Below, piece after piece: positions 22,785 through 34,092 of a stretch of DNA of 64,000 nucleotides. Numbering within the stretch: the first letter of the stretch is position 1; every line of letters starts with the position of its first letter. Origin of the DNA: Cyanidioschyzon merolae (lineage: Eukaryota); the NCBI GenBank assembly GCA_000091205.1, contig AP006485.2, one strand, 5' to 3'. A program made the position numbers and the translations under genes. The notes under the pieces were generated by a model. The model saw only the letters and a program-made list of their open reading frames with translations. It was not told the origin of the DNA and made no database searches.

Positions 22785-23699
22785 CTAGATTTCATGGAAG
22801 ACTATATCATGCTTTTCGTGCTTAAATAGATACTTCCGGTCACCTTCTGCTTCATCTGTTGGTTTCAATATTTTTAAAATCCCTGTGGCATGACGAGAAT
22901 GGCCGGATGCAAATCTCTCAACGCAGAATATCCGATCCGCTCGACTTCGTAGTTGCACGAGATTAGCCCTCTTTTCCATATCTTTATGAACCGCCAAAAG
23001 GATCGCAAGCGAGGGAACAGGAATCTCATTCGATTCCCTTCTGACCCAGTCCAAAAAGGAGATAACTGACGTCGTGTCGTCATCGACGAGCCGTTGGACA
23101 CCTGTTACACTGTGAATCACAAGCAGCGTACTACTCGTACGCGAAACGCTTTCTTGTTGGTGATATCCAACAACAAAGTGCAAGAATTCTTCAATACTAC
23201 TCCAGTGTTCTTTCGCATTGCGCACCTCCTCCGTTGTAGTTCTCACTGTGCACAGCTGTGGACCATCCGGCAGGCTTTGCCAGCTGTCAATGACGAGACG
23301 AGGCGTTGACACTGGAGCAGTGGAGGAATCCCTCCCTGAATAGTCGCAGGAAAAGCGGAAGAAACGCAATCTCGAAAGCGGCCTGGAGTTAGAGTCCTGT
23401 ACTTTGACCGCAGCACTTCCGTGTTGCCTTCCTGAATCTCGAGTAAAGAAGCTGGCGATTTCTTCCGTATCCACAACAACTATTTCAAGGTTTGAAAAGC
23501 CCGTGGCTTCTTGCAAAACCTTGACCACAAAAGGGGTTGCCGAACACTGCGCCTCGTCTTCAAGGAGAGTCACAAGTAACCGAGATACGCTTTGATCAGT
23601 GCAGGTTTCGTACTGGCTCCACCAAAAACTTGGAAATCCACAAGCCGCCGCCGTTGTCTTGTCCCAGCCAATCGTACTGGCCAAAAAGTCGCGCTCCAT
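22785..23699 (-). CDS. Hypothetical protein (304 aa)
   Basis: Uninterrupted ORF with an ATG start (complement of 23697-23699). No motif recognised. Confidence 0.35.
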   Translation of the reverse strand: MERDFLASTIGWDKTTAAACGFPSFWWSQYETCTDQSVSRLLVTLLEDEAQCSATPFVVKVLQEATGFSNLEIVVVDTEEIASFFTRDSGRQHGSAAVKVQDSNSRPLSRLRFFRFSCDYSGRDSSTAPVSTPRLVIDSWQSLPDGPQLCTVRTTTEEVRNAKEHWSSIEEFLHFVVGYHQQESVSRTSSTLLVIHSVTGVQRLVDDDTTSVISFLDWVRRESNEIPVPSLAILLAVHKDMEKRANLVQLRSRADRIFCVERFASGHSRHATGILKILKPTDEAEGDRKYLFKHEKHDIVFHEI

Positions 23700-23913
23700 A
23701 TCCAGTACGAGAGTCTGGCACTTTTAAGTGCATTCCCAATCCACGCAGGCGTCGGAATTCGCTCTTCCCCAGGAGGATCGTCACCCCGATTGATGTAGTG
23801 TCCCGTGAGGCAGTTTCCTTACGGCCGCGTTCTCGCTTAACGTGGTTCGCAACGAACGTTGATTCTGCAACACTGAGTCTATTATGATTGCACTGACTTA
23901 GAAAATCTCTAGT

Positions 23914-25149
23914 ATGCAAAGAGCGGCACAGATCCGATCATTGCTTAAGCGAGAGCAACTTACCAACGCAGGAGTTAGTTGCCCTGCCCGTGGCCTGGCA
24001 GAGTGTCTGCTTGGGAGAAACTCAAGCAGTTTTTCCCGGCAAACTGCCGTTATTGTCGGAGCATCTATGCGTTCGTTTTCTACAGAAGATGGCTTTTGTC
24101 GGGACGGGCAGCTCTCCCTGAACAACATTAGAGACCTGCCAGGCGCTCGAAAGCCGAAGAAACGTGTCGGTCGTGGTCGAGGCTCTGACTCCGGAAAGAC
24201 CTGTGGCCGGGGGCACAAGGGGCAGCATGCACGTTCTGGATCTTCTCTTCCCAGCAGGTTCTTTGAAGGCGGTCAGACGCCGCTAGTGCGCCGGATACCA
24301 AAGCGTGGCGGGTTTCCGCTAGTTGCACAAAGGGACCCGCTTCCTCTCAACTTAAGCCTCATCCAAAGTCTACTTGATAAGGGTCGCCTCCGCGTGAGCA
24401 AAGACGGTACTATTACCATGAAGTCGCTTTACGATTCGGGTGGAATCCTTCGATGCAGCAGAGCGAGGTTTAAGCTGTTCAACTATGGAGTCAAGCTGCT
24501 AGGTGGCGGTGCTAGGCAGTTCAGTGCACCTCTTCATTTCGAAGTTACGGACGTGAGTTCTTCTGCTCTCAGAAGGATACATGAATGCGGTGGCAGTGTA
24601 ACACTGGTGTACTACAATAGACTTGGACTACGGGCACTACTGAAACCCGAAAAATTTGACCACTGGACTGTCTTCCGCAGCGATTTGACGCATTTTCAAG
24701 GAGCAAACATCGATCCAAACACAAATCAGGCGATTGTTGTCTACGAGTATGACGATGTGCTCGAAAATGATGCATTATGGCCTCGTGGCGAACCGCTGCC
24801 GATTGAAGAGCAGTTCTCGCTTGATTTTGGAGCAACTTCGACCGATGAGAGCAAAACAGACCGGTTCACGCTGCCTTCCGACGAGCGTTTTTTTCGTATT
24901 TTAAGAAAGCTTTTCCATGATGATGAGAAGCTCATGTCGGAATTTCTCGCCAACACGCCGATGGATTTGGGCTCGATTCCATCGCAATCTACCCGACCGG
25001 TCATCGTGAAACGGCGAGTTCGCCTGCTTCCGAATCATGCGCGACCTCCTCCGAGGCTTCTTCTGCGCTATCCAGAATTCGATGCTTATGGCAGATCAGT
25101 GAATTTCTTGAAGCCGCGAGTGCCACTCGAGCATCAGGGAGCTCAATGA
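23914..25149 (+). CDS. Organellar, probably mitochondrial, ribosomal protein uL15 with long N- and C-terminal extensions
   Basis: [53 protein letters not shown] is the uL15 glycine-rich signature. The N-terminal ~90 aa look like a targeting extension. Confidence 0.75.
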   Translation: MQRAAQIRSLLKREQLTNAGVSCPARGLAECLLGRNSSSFSRQTAVIVGASMRSFSTEDGFCRDGQLSLNNIRDLPGARKPKKRVGRGRGSDSGKTCGRGHKGQHARSGSSLPSRFFEGGQTPLVRRIPKRGGFPLVAQRDPLPLNLSLIQSLLDKGRLRVSKDGTITMKSLYDSGGILRCSRARFKLFNYGVKLLGGGARQFSAPLHFEVTDVSSSALRRIHECGGSVTLVYYNRLGLRALLKPEKFDHWTVFRSDLTHFQGANIDPNTNQAIVVYEYDDVLENDALWPRGEPLPIEEQFSLDFGATSTDESKTDRFTLPSDERFFRILRKLFHDDEKLMSEFLANTPMDLGSIPSQSTRPVIVKRRVRLLPNHARPPPRLLLRYPEFDAYGRSVNFLKPRVPLEHQGAQ

Positions 25150-26488
25150 AAAGGTATATCTGGTGGAATCAAGCGATACCTTCGCTCGTTATGTTAAAGC
25201 CCAACACAAAATTGACTGGTGCAGTTCTTGCTTGCGCTATTTCATCCAGAATGCGGTTGAAATCCGCAGCTGTGCATCCTTGGCATATCCGAGAGAGCCT
25301 GGCTGGAGACCCGTTTACGGTGCGTGAATTGTGTGGGTCTTATCAGGTGCATCGGTCGGAAGGTTTAGGTTCCCCAAATCAATCTTTCCTTTTTCCAATG
25401 TGAGTCATTGTTGTGTCACATGACTCGATTCTGTATCTTAAACACCTATCCATATTCAACTCTGGGTTGTCATTTCTGGATGCCGACTGATTGCGATAAA
25501 CATCCTCGCCAGGAGAAGGTTCCTGGGTTCCCGTAACAATTCTGTCGTTTGGATTTTCACGTATTCTAAACCGTATATCACTCATGCGAAATCTGGGAAG
25601 ATCGAAACTAAGAGCTCTATGCATTATGAGGCAAAAATTAGGCCATGTTGATCGTCCATAAAGGAAGCCGATGCACTTCTTGTATCATTCGCTGCTTGAA
25701 AATTGGTCGAAGAGTTCAACCTTCATTTTTGAGAGTGCATCATTCAGCGGGCGGTCATTCCGCAGTTTCGTTGCGTCACGGATTCGACGGATCGTTTGCG
25801 ATCCGTCGAATGGTATTCTTAGTGATGGAAACCATGAGCATGCCAGATCGTCTCAACTTGCTGAATGCGGAAGAATCATTTCTCTTTCAGATCAGAGAAC
25901 TTTCGAATTTATTTAACGTCGCCACCTCTAGAATCCCAGAGACTCGTGTGTTCGCGATTGACCTATCTGGCTGCCAGTTTTATTTATTCAGCTCATAAAT
26001 CTATGCAGCTGGCAAATGAGATGCCTTCCAATTGGCGAGATGGTCGCAAGCAATTGAGAATTGCGATGATATCTGTAAGCACTTTTGAGCTCTGTGGGTG
26101 TACGTATGAAATACCTCATTTGACGAGGATAGAGACGCACCACCGCATAACCTTGTGCGCTGTACAAGCCAGCACATTCTGCAGACCGTGATACCATCTG
26201 GCATGCGCTTTCTCATCGGAGTATTTAAGCTTCTGCCTGCAACAAAGTTTCGTTTTTTCTTCTGGGCCGCGTCCGCCAACGAAAGGAGACCACGACGAGA
26301 AATGTTGTCACGTTCGCATAGCGGGGAAGAGATGTTTGAACTCTGCGAAGATGCTTCATCGTGAATGATTTGATAAGTAGGAACTCTCTTAAATATACAC
26401 CTCTCACGGCGAGCGGATTCGACGTCTCTGCCCCAGACACCTGCAGAGCACGCAAGCAGCAGTCGCTGCGAACTGCTCGATCCATCAA

Positions 26489-27600
26489 AGTCAGCACTAA
26501 ATGGAAAAGATCCACGCAGACTGACACCGGCGTACATTCTCGTGTTTGGGTTGCTTCCCAATGAAGTCCAAACCAGCCTTTGAAGTATTTTTCTCTACAT
26601 CCGCTTCCTTCTTGCTCGATCCTGGTACCGACTTTAAATACGCTTGTTTCACATACAACTCCAGTTTTGATGGTAGCAGCCGAAAGATGTTGATGGCAGT
26701 GTTAGGGTCCCTGTTTCGGTGCCTCCGCCTGTAGTCCCAGCATTTGATGCTCATATGGCATTTGCCATCTGCGTTGAGCTCGCCAGTTTTATAATCGCTG
26801 TACATTGCCTCGTTGCGCTCTTCGTGGATGTGAAACTATTCTGCGGTTAGGTGTTCCTATGCGTCCACCACAGCTCGCAATCCGTGGGCGGCCCTGTGGC
26901 GCTTGAATGCTTGCGTCAGCGTATGGTCCACGTCGTTGATGGGTACAGAAGGCTCTCCTCGGTGCCGTCCGCCAATTCCGCGCCCGATACCGTACCCAGC
27001 AATCAGGAGCTTTTTCCGCACGACAACCTCAACGAGTGTTCTGTCCGGCGCACACGCAAGTTTATGGTCTTATTTTTCGTAAGGGCTCTGTGGAAAGCGG
27101 TGTCGTCCTTGATAAAGCGAGTACCGGAAGGAAAATCATCAAATTCGAAGATCAAGTCTGGAAGTTTCGACCCGAGAACGCTCTCTTTATGCAACCTGGC
27201 GACGCATTCTCCTGTGAAAGTGACTGCCACGATGACTGGAGTCCATCTCAAAGACCCTTTTCCAAGCACACGGCAGAGACGAGGGCCCCTTGGGGCATAC
27301 TCCGTGGTGCGTGTCATGCTGCAGGCGAATGCTGTTTCGTCGATGACCGCAAAAGAGTGGCGGGATTTGTCCCTCGAACGGGATCGATTATCAGAAGTGA
27401 CAAGTTCGGTGAACGCTCTGCATGATGTTGTGAGCAAGTCGTCAAAGGACTAGGTTGCGTGCTTTTCCTCACCAATCCAACCGCGCGAATTGCTGCACCC
27501 ACGAGATGACCTGGAACAGAGTGATCAACAACTTGAAGAGCGCCTGGTTTGAGCATGCTGCGCATGAGGAAATGAGAAGAGTGGAGAATTATACGTCTGC
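26489..27600 (-). mobile_element. Fanzor/TnpB-like nuclease pseudogene (copy c). It is more complete than copy b and is frameshifted.
   Basis: ORF 27314-27565 (-) has ...LSLLIIDPVRGTNPATLL, an IDPG-type RuvC-I. ORF 27003-27437 (-) continues in another frame and ends ...ALTKNKTINLRVRRTEHSLRLSCGKSS, as in copy b. ORF 26497-26805 (-) has the same zinc finger plus NRDPNTAINIFRL RuvC-III. Sequence identity with copy b spans 26489-27088. Confidence 0.55.
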
Positions 27601-28054
27601 ACTGAATAATGAGGTTGCTTATGTTCTTTTACGAACCATTGCTCGAGTGCTCTGCGAATCATCTTGATTGCGGCAAGGTAAAGAATTCCAGCGGCAAATA
27701 GTTGATGGAGCCACTTCGGAAAGACGACAGAGAATTCTAGAGCTACTTATGAATCCGTGCATCCTTATGGCTGCACTTTGAATGTCACGGCTGTACATCT
27801 AACAGAGGTTTGGAAAGATATCGAGAGGAAAAAGCTCCATCTAGTTCAGTGCTCCATGTTGATCTGACATGGGCGTCGTCGTCGAATGAACTCGTATCAC
27901 CGCTGTGCGCGTATCGGGGCCCGTGACTACGCGAGCTCGGGTTCCGCGCCGGCGAAGTTCAGACCGCGAGCTCCGTATTGGTTAATCCATCTTCGAGAGC
28001 CGCGACAAAGAAAGCTTTTCCAGGATAACTTTTGAGGCCGAATCTCGTACAGAA

Positions 28055-28708
28055 ATGTTTGTGACTAGCTTCCAACTGCAACCAAAGGGTAAAGGATCGT
28101 TCCTGGCGCGCTCGGCTGGCTCGCGGAGTAGCCTCTCGCATTGTGGCAACTCGGGAGGCACTGTAGCGAAGCTAGAGAACGCCGCATTGGACAGAAGGCA
28201 GTTGTTACAGGGGCTTTTGGTCGCGGCGGTTGCCGTGTTCGCAGGGAAGGCGCAGCCAGCTCATTCAGGCAGTGAGCCTAAAATGAGTTTCTTCGGAGCG
28301 GACGCGCCATCTAGCCCGTTTAGTTACAACGAGTCGCAGAAGGAGCCTCTTTTCAAGGGAATCACCCCCGAGCTCCTCGAGGAATACCGGCTTGCAATCA
28401 GCGAGGCAAAGAAGCGAATCGAAGACTCGGGTGAAGCGATATCGACGAAATCGTGGGAAGACGTGCGAAGTGCGCTAAGACTTGCGCTTGGAACCTTGCG
28501 GAGCGTCTGCAGCAAAGTAAACGCTTATGCAGCGGCCGAGGCGACGAAGCAGGAGAAGAAGAAGATAGAGAAAGCGTATCGTGACTTCTTGAAAACAATC
28601 GAGGATATGGACTATGCAGCTCGTATGAAAGACCCGGATCGTGCAGAACGGCTTCGTACCGCGAGTATTGCTGCGCTCGATAATTGGATGTCCACTGTTG
28701 GCATCTAA
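28055..28708 (+). CDS. psbQ: PsbQ-family oxygen-evolving-complex protein of the thylakoid lumen, with a bipartite transit peptide and a twin-arginine signal
   Basis: The C-terminal EKKKIEKAYRDFLKTIEDMDYAARMKDPDRAERLRTASIAALDNWM matches the conserved PsbQ helix bundle (…LDYAARSK…AEKYY…). The N-terminal S/R-rich stretch is followed by DRRQLLQGLLVAAVAVFAG, an RR-motif plus hydrophobic lumen signal. Confidence 0.7.
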   Translation: MFVTSFQLQPKGKGSFLARSAGSRSSLSHCGNSGGTVAKLENAALDRRQLLQGLLVAAVAVFAGKAQPAHSGSEPKMSFFGADAPSSPFSYNESQKEPLFKGITPELLEEYRLAISEAKKRIEDSGEAISTKSWEDVRSALRLALGTLRSVCSKVNAYAAAEATKQEKKKIEKAYRDFLKTIEDMDYAARMKDPDRAERLRTASIAALDNWMSTVGI

Positions 28709-29875
28709 TTGTGGAATTATTAGAGGGCTGGCGCTCGTCGCAAGAATTTCACCACATTACTCCAGGTTGCGGCCACCGCTTAATGGGAAGTTTCCACAGG
28801 AGCAAGAGAGTTGATAGGTTTTTTCATTCGCATAAAATGAGAGTCGTGTTAAACATTCAACTCTAATGAACGGATATTCGAATTGTCGGAGATGTAGAAC
28901 GTGTTCGTCGATTTCTGTTTGAGGTAGCTTCGCACTCTGCGTGAACCAAGCTTTCAGGGTAGTTCTCCAGAAACGCAGAGCGCACAAAGCTGGGTAGTAA
29001 ATGTCCCGTCAGCGGGCGAGTTGTGGTTTTATGTTGCTCTCATGAGTATCAAAAACCTGGACCGGTTCTGCGATATCTCCTATGCGCTCATAGCGTTAAA
29101 CAAGGCGTTGTGCATTCGAGCGGTGTTAGGTCCCCTGTCAAGGAGCCCTGTGCAGAGTACCGCGGACGCACCACACAAAGGATACTGGCAAGCCGCAGAG
29201 GACGCTACGAGCGGGCAGCGTTTAAGGCGCGAGTCGCCCGCTCACGGACGCTCGAGGCACACTTCCCGAACCGGATACGGCTGCTAGCGAAGTATCGCTC
29301 CGTCGAAGTACTATGTCGTACCGCTGCATGCTCGTTCAGTTTCTCCTTTAGCAGTCTTTGGTGCCTCGGAAATCGGATCGCCTGCCTAGCGTGCCGTTTA
29401 TTGTCTGATCGGGTGGCGGTCGTCGACGACTACGCCCTACTGGAAACTACGGTTGCGGCATCTGTTGTTGTGGTTGTCGACGTAGTCGTCGTCGCTCACG
29501 CTGCTCATTACCGTGGATTACTGCAGTGCACTCTGCTGCATTGCTCTGCAGATCGAGCCGCTGCTGCGCGACGTAGTGCATACCAGGAGGCACGAGGCCG
29601 TCGGCGTGCGCACGAACACGAGGCTGTGCACAGCATAACTGTTTACGTAGGGCGTTGGTGCCAGGAGCGTTGTCTGGTCCAGGTGGTGAGCGGCTGTTCG
29701 CGACACTAGGTCGAACTGGCTTATTCAAGACGGCAGCCTCACTGCCTGATTTGCTGAAGAGTTTCTGGTCGCGTTTCCCACTGGAGCTTTCGCGTGACAA
29801 ATCCAAGTGCGCATCCGCTGGACCTCATAAGAGAGGAGCATCTTACGCTCCGACAGCCTTTAAATACGTTTGAAA

Positions 29876-30670
29876 ATGCCACAGGGAGACTATATAGAAG
29901 AGTTTCGGAGACGTTTTGGTGAGCGGCCCGATCAACGCGAAAAGGAGCGGAAACGCCGCGCCCGGGAACCGCACAAAGTTGCTGTCAGATCTAAGGAGTT
30001 AAGGGGATTGAAGGCAAAGATTTTCCATCGTGAGCGTTTCAAAGAAAAGATACGTCTACGAAAAGAGGAACGGGCCCTCAAACTCAAAGATGCAGTAGCG
30101 AAGAAGAACGACACAGGAGAAGATCGACTCAAGAACGCGATTCCCGCGTACCTGCTCGATCGTGAAGATTCCGTTCGAGCTAAGGCTCTCACGAACACAA
30201 TAAAACAAAAGAGAAAGGAGAAAGGTGGAAAGTGGGATGTACCTCTGCCGAAGGTGCGACCACTTCCAGATGACGAGGTCTTCCGGGTCATAAAGACAGG
30301 AAAAAAGGCAAAGCAGAAGGAATGGAAGCGTATGGTGACCAAAGTGACCTTTGTTGGCGATGGGTTCACGAGACGACCACCGAAATACGAACGTTTCATC
30401 CGACCAATGGCTCTCCGTATGCGCAGGGCCAACGTTACTCATCCCGAACTCAATGTAACTTTTTCTCTAGAGATTCTTGGGGTCAAGAAAAACCCCAGCA
30501 GTCCGCTTTACAGCCAGCTGGGGGTCATTACTCGTGGCACCATTATAGAGGTGAATGTGAGTGAACTAGGACTTGTTACAACTTCTGGGAGAGTTGTTTG
30601 GGGAAAGTATGCCCAGGTGACGAATCAGCCAGAGCTCGATGGAACTATCAACGCGGTAATGCTTGTGTGA
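29876..30670 (+). CDS. NSA2: Ribosome biogenesis protein NSA2 (TINP1)
   Basis: [34 protein letters not shown]... and the C-terminal S8e-like region (…[41 protein letters not shown]...) match NSA2 over the full ~260 aa. The track ORF begins at a TTG at 29870; the ATG is at 29876. Confidence 0.85.
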   Translation: MPQGDYIEEFRRRFGERPDQREKERKRRAREPHKVAVRSKELRGLKAKIFHRERFKEKIRLRKEERALKLKDAVAKKNDTGEDRLKNAIPAYLLDREDSVRAKALTNTIKQKRKEKGGKWDVPLPKVRPLPDDEVFRVIKTGKKAKQKEWKRMVTKVTFVGDGFTRRPPKYERFIRPMALRMRRANVTHPELNVTFSLEILGVKKNPSSPLYSQLGVITRGTIIEVNVSELGLVTTSGRVVWGKYAQVTNQPELDGTINAVMLV

Positions 30671-30743
30671 CAGAGGACTCGTACACATTCTCATGCGTAT
30701 TCACATCACATTCGGAGGTGAAGCCCGCCCCGTAGTCTTTTCA

Positions 30744-32125
30744 TCAAGTGCTCTCTTGGAACAAAGTTGTTTCAGTAATAATCATAAGAGATTGAAATTT
30801 TGCGGCACTCCACATCATACGGCTCTGGACGAAAGCCGAGTGTTCCGTGCATTTTGTTTGCATAATCGCAGCATTCCGATGAATCTGAAGCGTGTGCCGA
30901 AAGCTCGCAAAAATGGGTCTTACAGTGATATGGGTCACAATTCGCGAATTCATCGCGACCATGGAGCCGGCCATTTCAGTGGGCGCCACGAATGAATACT
31001 TTGCAGCGTTGGACAGAATACGGAAGCAGTCTCGCTTGGACACGATGAAGCCGACCGAAGACCCTCCTGCGGGCGCTAGCAATGATGGCTACATTTTTTG
31101 GGAGGGAATCGACATACATTCTCAGTAACTTTGTAGAATGGAACAAAAACATCGTTCACCAATGGCCCGGAAATCCGTTGCCGTAGTGCGAATAAGCGCC
31201 CTAGCCACGCTGGATTGCTGTACTCCACCATACTAGTGCCTTGTTCTAGGCAAGTATCCGTCTCCTCTTTTTTAGGCACTGTTTTTTTCATCGTGAGTCT
31301 TCAACGTTTCAGAATAATGTCTAAACTGAGTACCAAACGATTCTCTCGATTGTTTGCGCAAAACGAAGCCGCCATATGCTCTGGAACCACGTAACATCTC
31401 TGCATGTTGATCGACGCGTTCCATTCTCGGTACAGCAAGTGCTTTTACGTATTTCTGTTGGTAGAATCTCACCAAAGCATGCTGTTTACCTTAGATTGCC
31501 TCGCCGTCTGAGGTTGGGCGAGATACGAACCACTTTCTTGCACATCCATTTCTGTTTCAAAATATTCTTCTCTGAAAGTTTCAGCGTGTACCCACGCTCG
31601 CGAAGCGTGCTTGTCGTCTTGAAAGTCTTGACGGGAATCGCACAGAATCAATTCCTGCTTGGGCTGTGTGGTCTCATAGAACGAAGTGATGTGCAGGCAC
31701 TGCGCGCTGCAGCAAGTCTAGTGCCATAGCCTACAGTCAATCAACGAGATTGATAAGCTATTTCTTTTCTAACAACTTTGAAGAACTTTTCGATTGCAAG
31801 CATCATGTCGCCGTACAAACGAAACCGTTGGTGACTGCAGCCTGCTCTCGTGTACTCCGCCATAGGATCGTCTGCATAAGCTATTTTCACACGCACGTAC
31901 TCTCTGAATGAAGCGTGCAGCACATCGCAGTCTCCTCGAATCGGAGCATAGAGCGTGCAGATGGGTCCTGAAACCGGAATTCCCCTCGGTGGTACGCTTC
32001 CTGTCGTCCGTCATGTCCGGCATACAATACTTCCGAGCCTCGCAAATCTTGATCAACTCCAGCTGCTTACCCTTCAGGTCTTTGGCTGCGTCCTCTTGCT
32101 TTGGACTTGCGGCGACCGCCATCAT
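30744..32125 (-). pseudogene. Unresolved locus: a chain of six - strand ORFs in alternating frames. It is either a multi-exon gene or a decayed gene.
   Basis: ORFs 31769-32125, 31741-31923, 31469-31651, 31272-31475, 31076-31291 and 30744-31082 follow one another on the - strand in shifting frames. No family was recognised. Confidence 0.2.
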
Positions 32126-32419
32126 GCGTTTCAGCTCGGACCGATGAACACCTTGGATTCCTTCTCTTCATCCGCCTTGAACGGTTAGAAATGTTTGTCG
32201 CTGCTCAACTGAGGCATACGTTTCATGAAATACATGTAGACTGATATACCATCGTGCTCACTTGTCCGTTTAGTCATCACTTCAGTTCCGCCGCGCGCAC
32301 GAGAATCCTTGAACCAGTGCCGCCAATGTTCACAGCGAAGTTGTATGCATACTGCATACCTGATCGCCGAGACCAGCAGTTGTTCAAAGAGCACGCGATG
32401 ATATACTATACGCAAGTGT

Positions 32420-33119
32420 CTACAGTGACATGTCGAAATGTACCATGGGAATTTGGACAGGTGGCAGCCCTGCGCCCGGCACTCCTACAAACAGTTGCTC
32501 GACGAATTGCTTCAAGTCGAGGAAAGCTACGCGAAACATCCCAAAGCGAAAGGCTACGCGATCCCGAATGACGTTCAGCATCTCACGGTACGGAAGTTTC
32601 TCCCTGCCAGTGTGTTTCAGTGCCCAAACGACGATAACATTTTGAGATGGAATTTTTTGCCAGAACAGTTTCTCGTTCGCCGCCCTTCTTGTCCTCTGTT
32701 CCGGCGGATTTGAACCTTCTTTGTCTTGTGGATTCTTCTCCTTCTCTGCTGCTTGGTGCAGTACCATGTCTACGTTCACTGGGCTCTGCGTGTGCTTTCT
32801 TCCGCGGCAGTGAGAAGGCTTTGGTGGACGGTGGTGCTCGAATACGCATTCTCGATGTATACATCTATTCTGCCTTACGTATCTTCTCGTCATATTCTCC
32901 GTGGTGAGCATGCCCACAGGCCGAGGCGAGCATTCCTTCACCTGTCCGGGCAAGAGCACAAAAGCTACAAAGCAGTTCAGGGCTGGTGAATGTAGAACAA
33001 GATTTGTGGAAAAATGACACGCTGGAGAACGGTGTCATGGATGTGAACGGATCCACGATCGATACGTGAGCGTAAAAATAGTTTTGACGACATAGAATAC
33101 TCCTTCTACTGGACTGCAC
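32420..33119 (-). other. Unresolved - strand coding region. A metallophosphoesterase is possible. It is either frameshifted or interrupted by introns.
   Basis: ORF 32865-33119 (-) ends ...ACGHAHHGEYDEK, a GHxH-like motif. ORF 32420-32959 (-) overlaps it in another frame. The assignment is weak. Confidence 0.15.
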
Positions 33120-34092
33120 AGCGGAGATTACAGTGGAATGAAAAGCAGGCCAACGTCAGAGTCAGCCCCGCAATACTTGACCGTCTTTGAGTGCTGGAAA
33201 GCGACTTTGCCGTTGGGCATGATAGAAGAATGTGCGACAGTGAAGCCACTCAGTAGCTCTACGATGGATGAGGCTTTGAACGATTCGGTCTTTTGGGCGA
33301 TTTGTGGTCGACTAGAGGATCGAATCGCAGCCAGGGCTGATGTTTTCGGAGTTCTCGTGCGTGCCTCCTGTGCGATTCGTATTGTCGACTCTTCGAATGC
33401 CCGTGTACAAGTCCACCATATCTCCCGAACAATGTTCATCAAGTGAGACGAACACAAGTCCGTCCAGCTATAAGCGTTCGCGTCCTATTGGGAAACCCGC
33501 AGTGTGTTGTCGAACGAACGATAGAGACCCATGGAAGCGTGCTCTTTTCTTTGTCCACCCAAGTCTCATCCCCTTCGGTTGTCTCAACAATACGGAAACT
33601 TCACATCCTGGGGATCCGTGGTTGGTACCCCCTGGAGAGCGTACGAAGTGGAATAGATTGACAAGGAGACAGCCCCGTACACGGAGCAGAATAAGTCCTT
33701 TTTCGCGTGCAGGACGCTCATGAAAAGGACGACAGGGAAGGTGGTTCATCCGCCTGCAGAACATAGAATGACAGACATGAACAAATAAGGTGTTTTGGCG
33801 AGCAATCTGCTATAGCGTACTATATTTCTGCGGCCTTTCTTCATCTTACAGAAAAAATTCTTCTCGTTCGATACCTGCGAAAGAAGCTAACCAAAAACAA
33901 AAAGTGTTTGCTCTTCCAAGTGTGCTGCAATTCACTGCTTTAACTGCGGCGCATATCGAGAATCGAGGTCCTATTTCATTGCATGGCATATGACTATATT
34001 TTACAGCACTGAATAGCGCTGTCGTAGATGATCATAAAGAAACGATAAACGTTTCAAGAGGATATAATGTATTCATATATCTATTCATAGGC

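Noticed and set aside
29023-29709. A 228-aa ORF upstream of NSA2
   Set aside because: It runs through a GC-rich low-complexity tract (GTCGTCGTC/GTTGTTGTG repeats, about 29400-29700) and has a Cys/Arg/Val-biased composition with no motif. It more likely forms the promoter and 5' region of NSA2.
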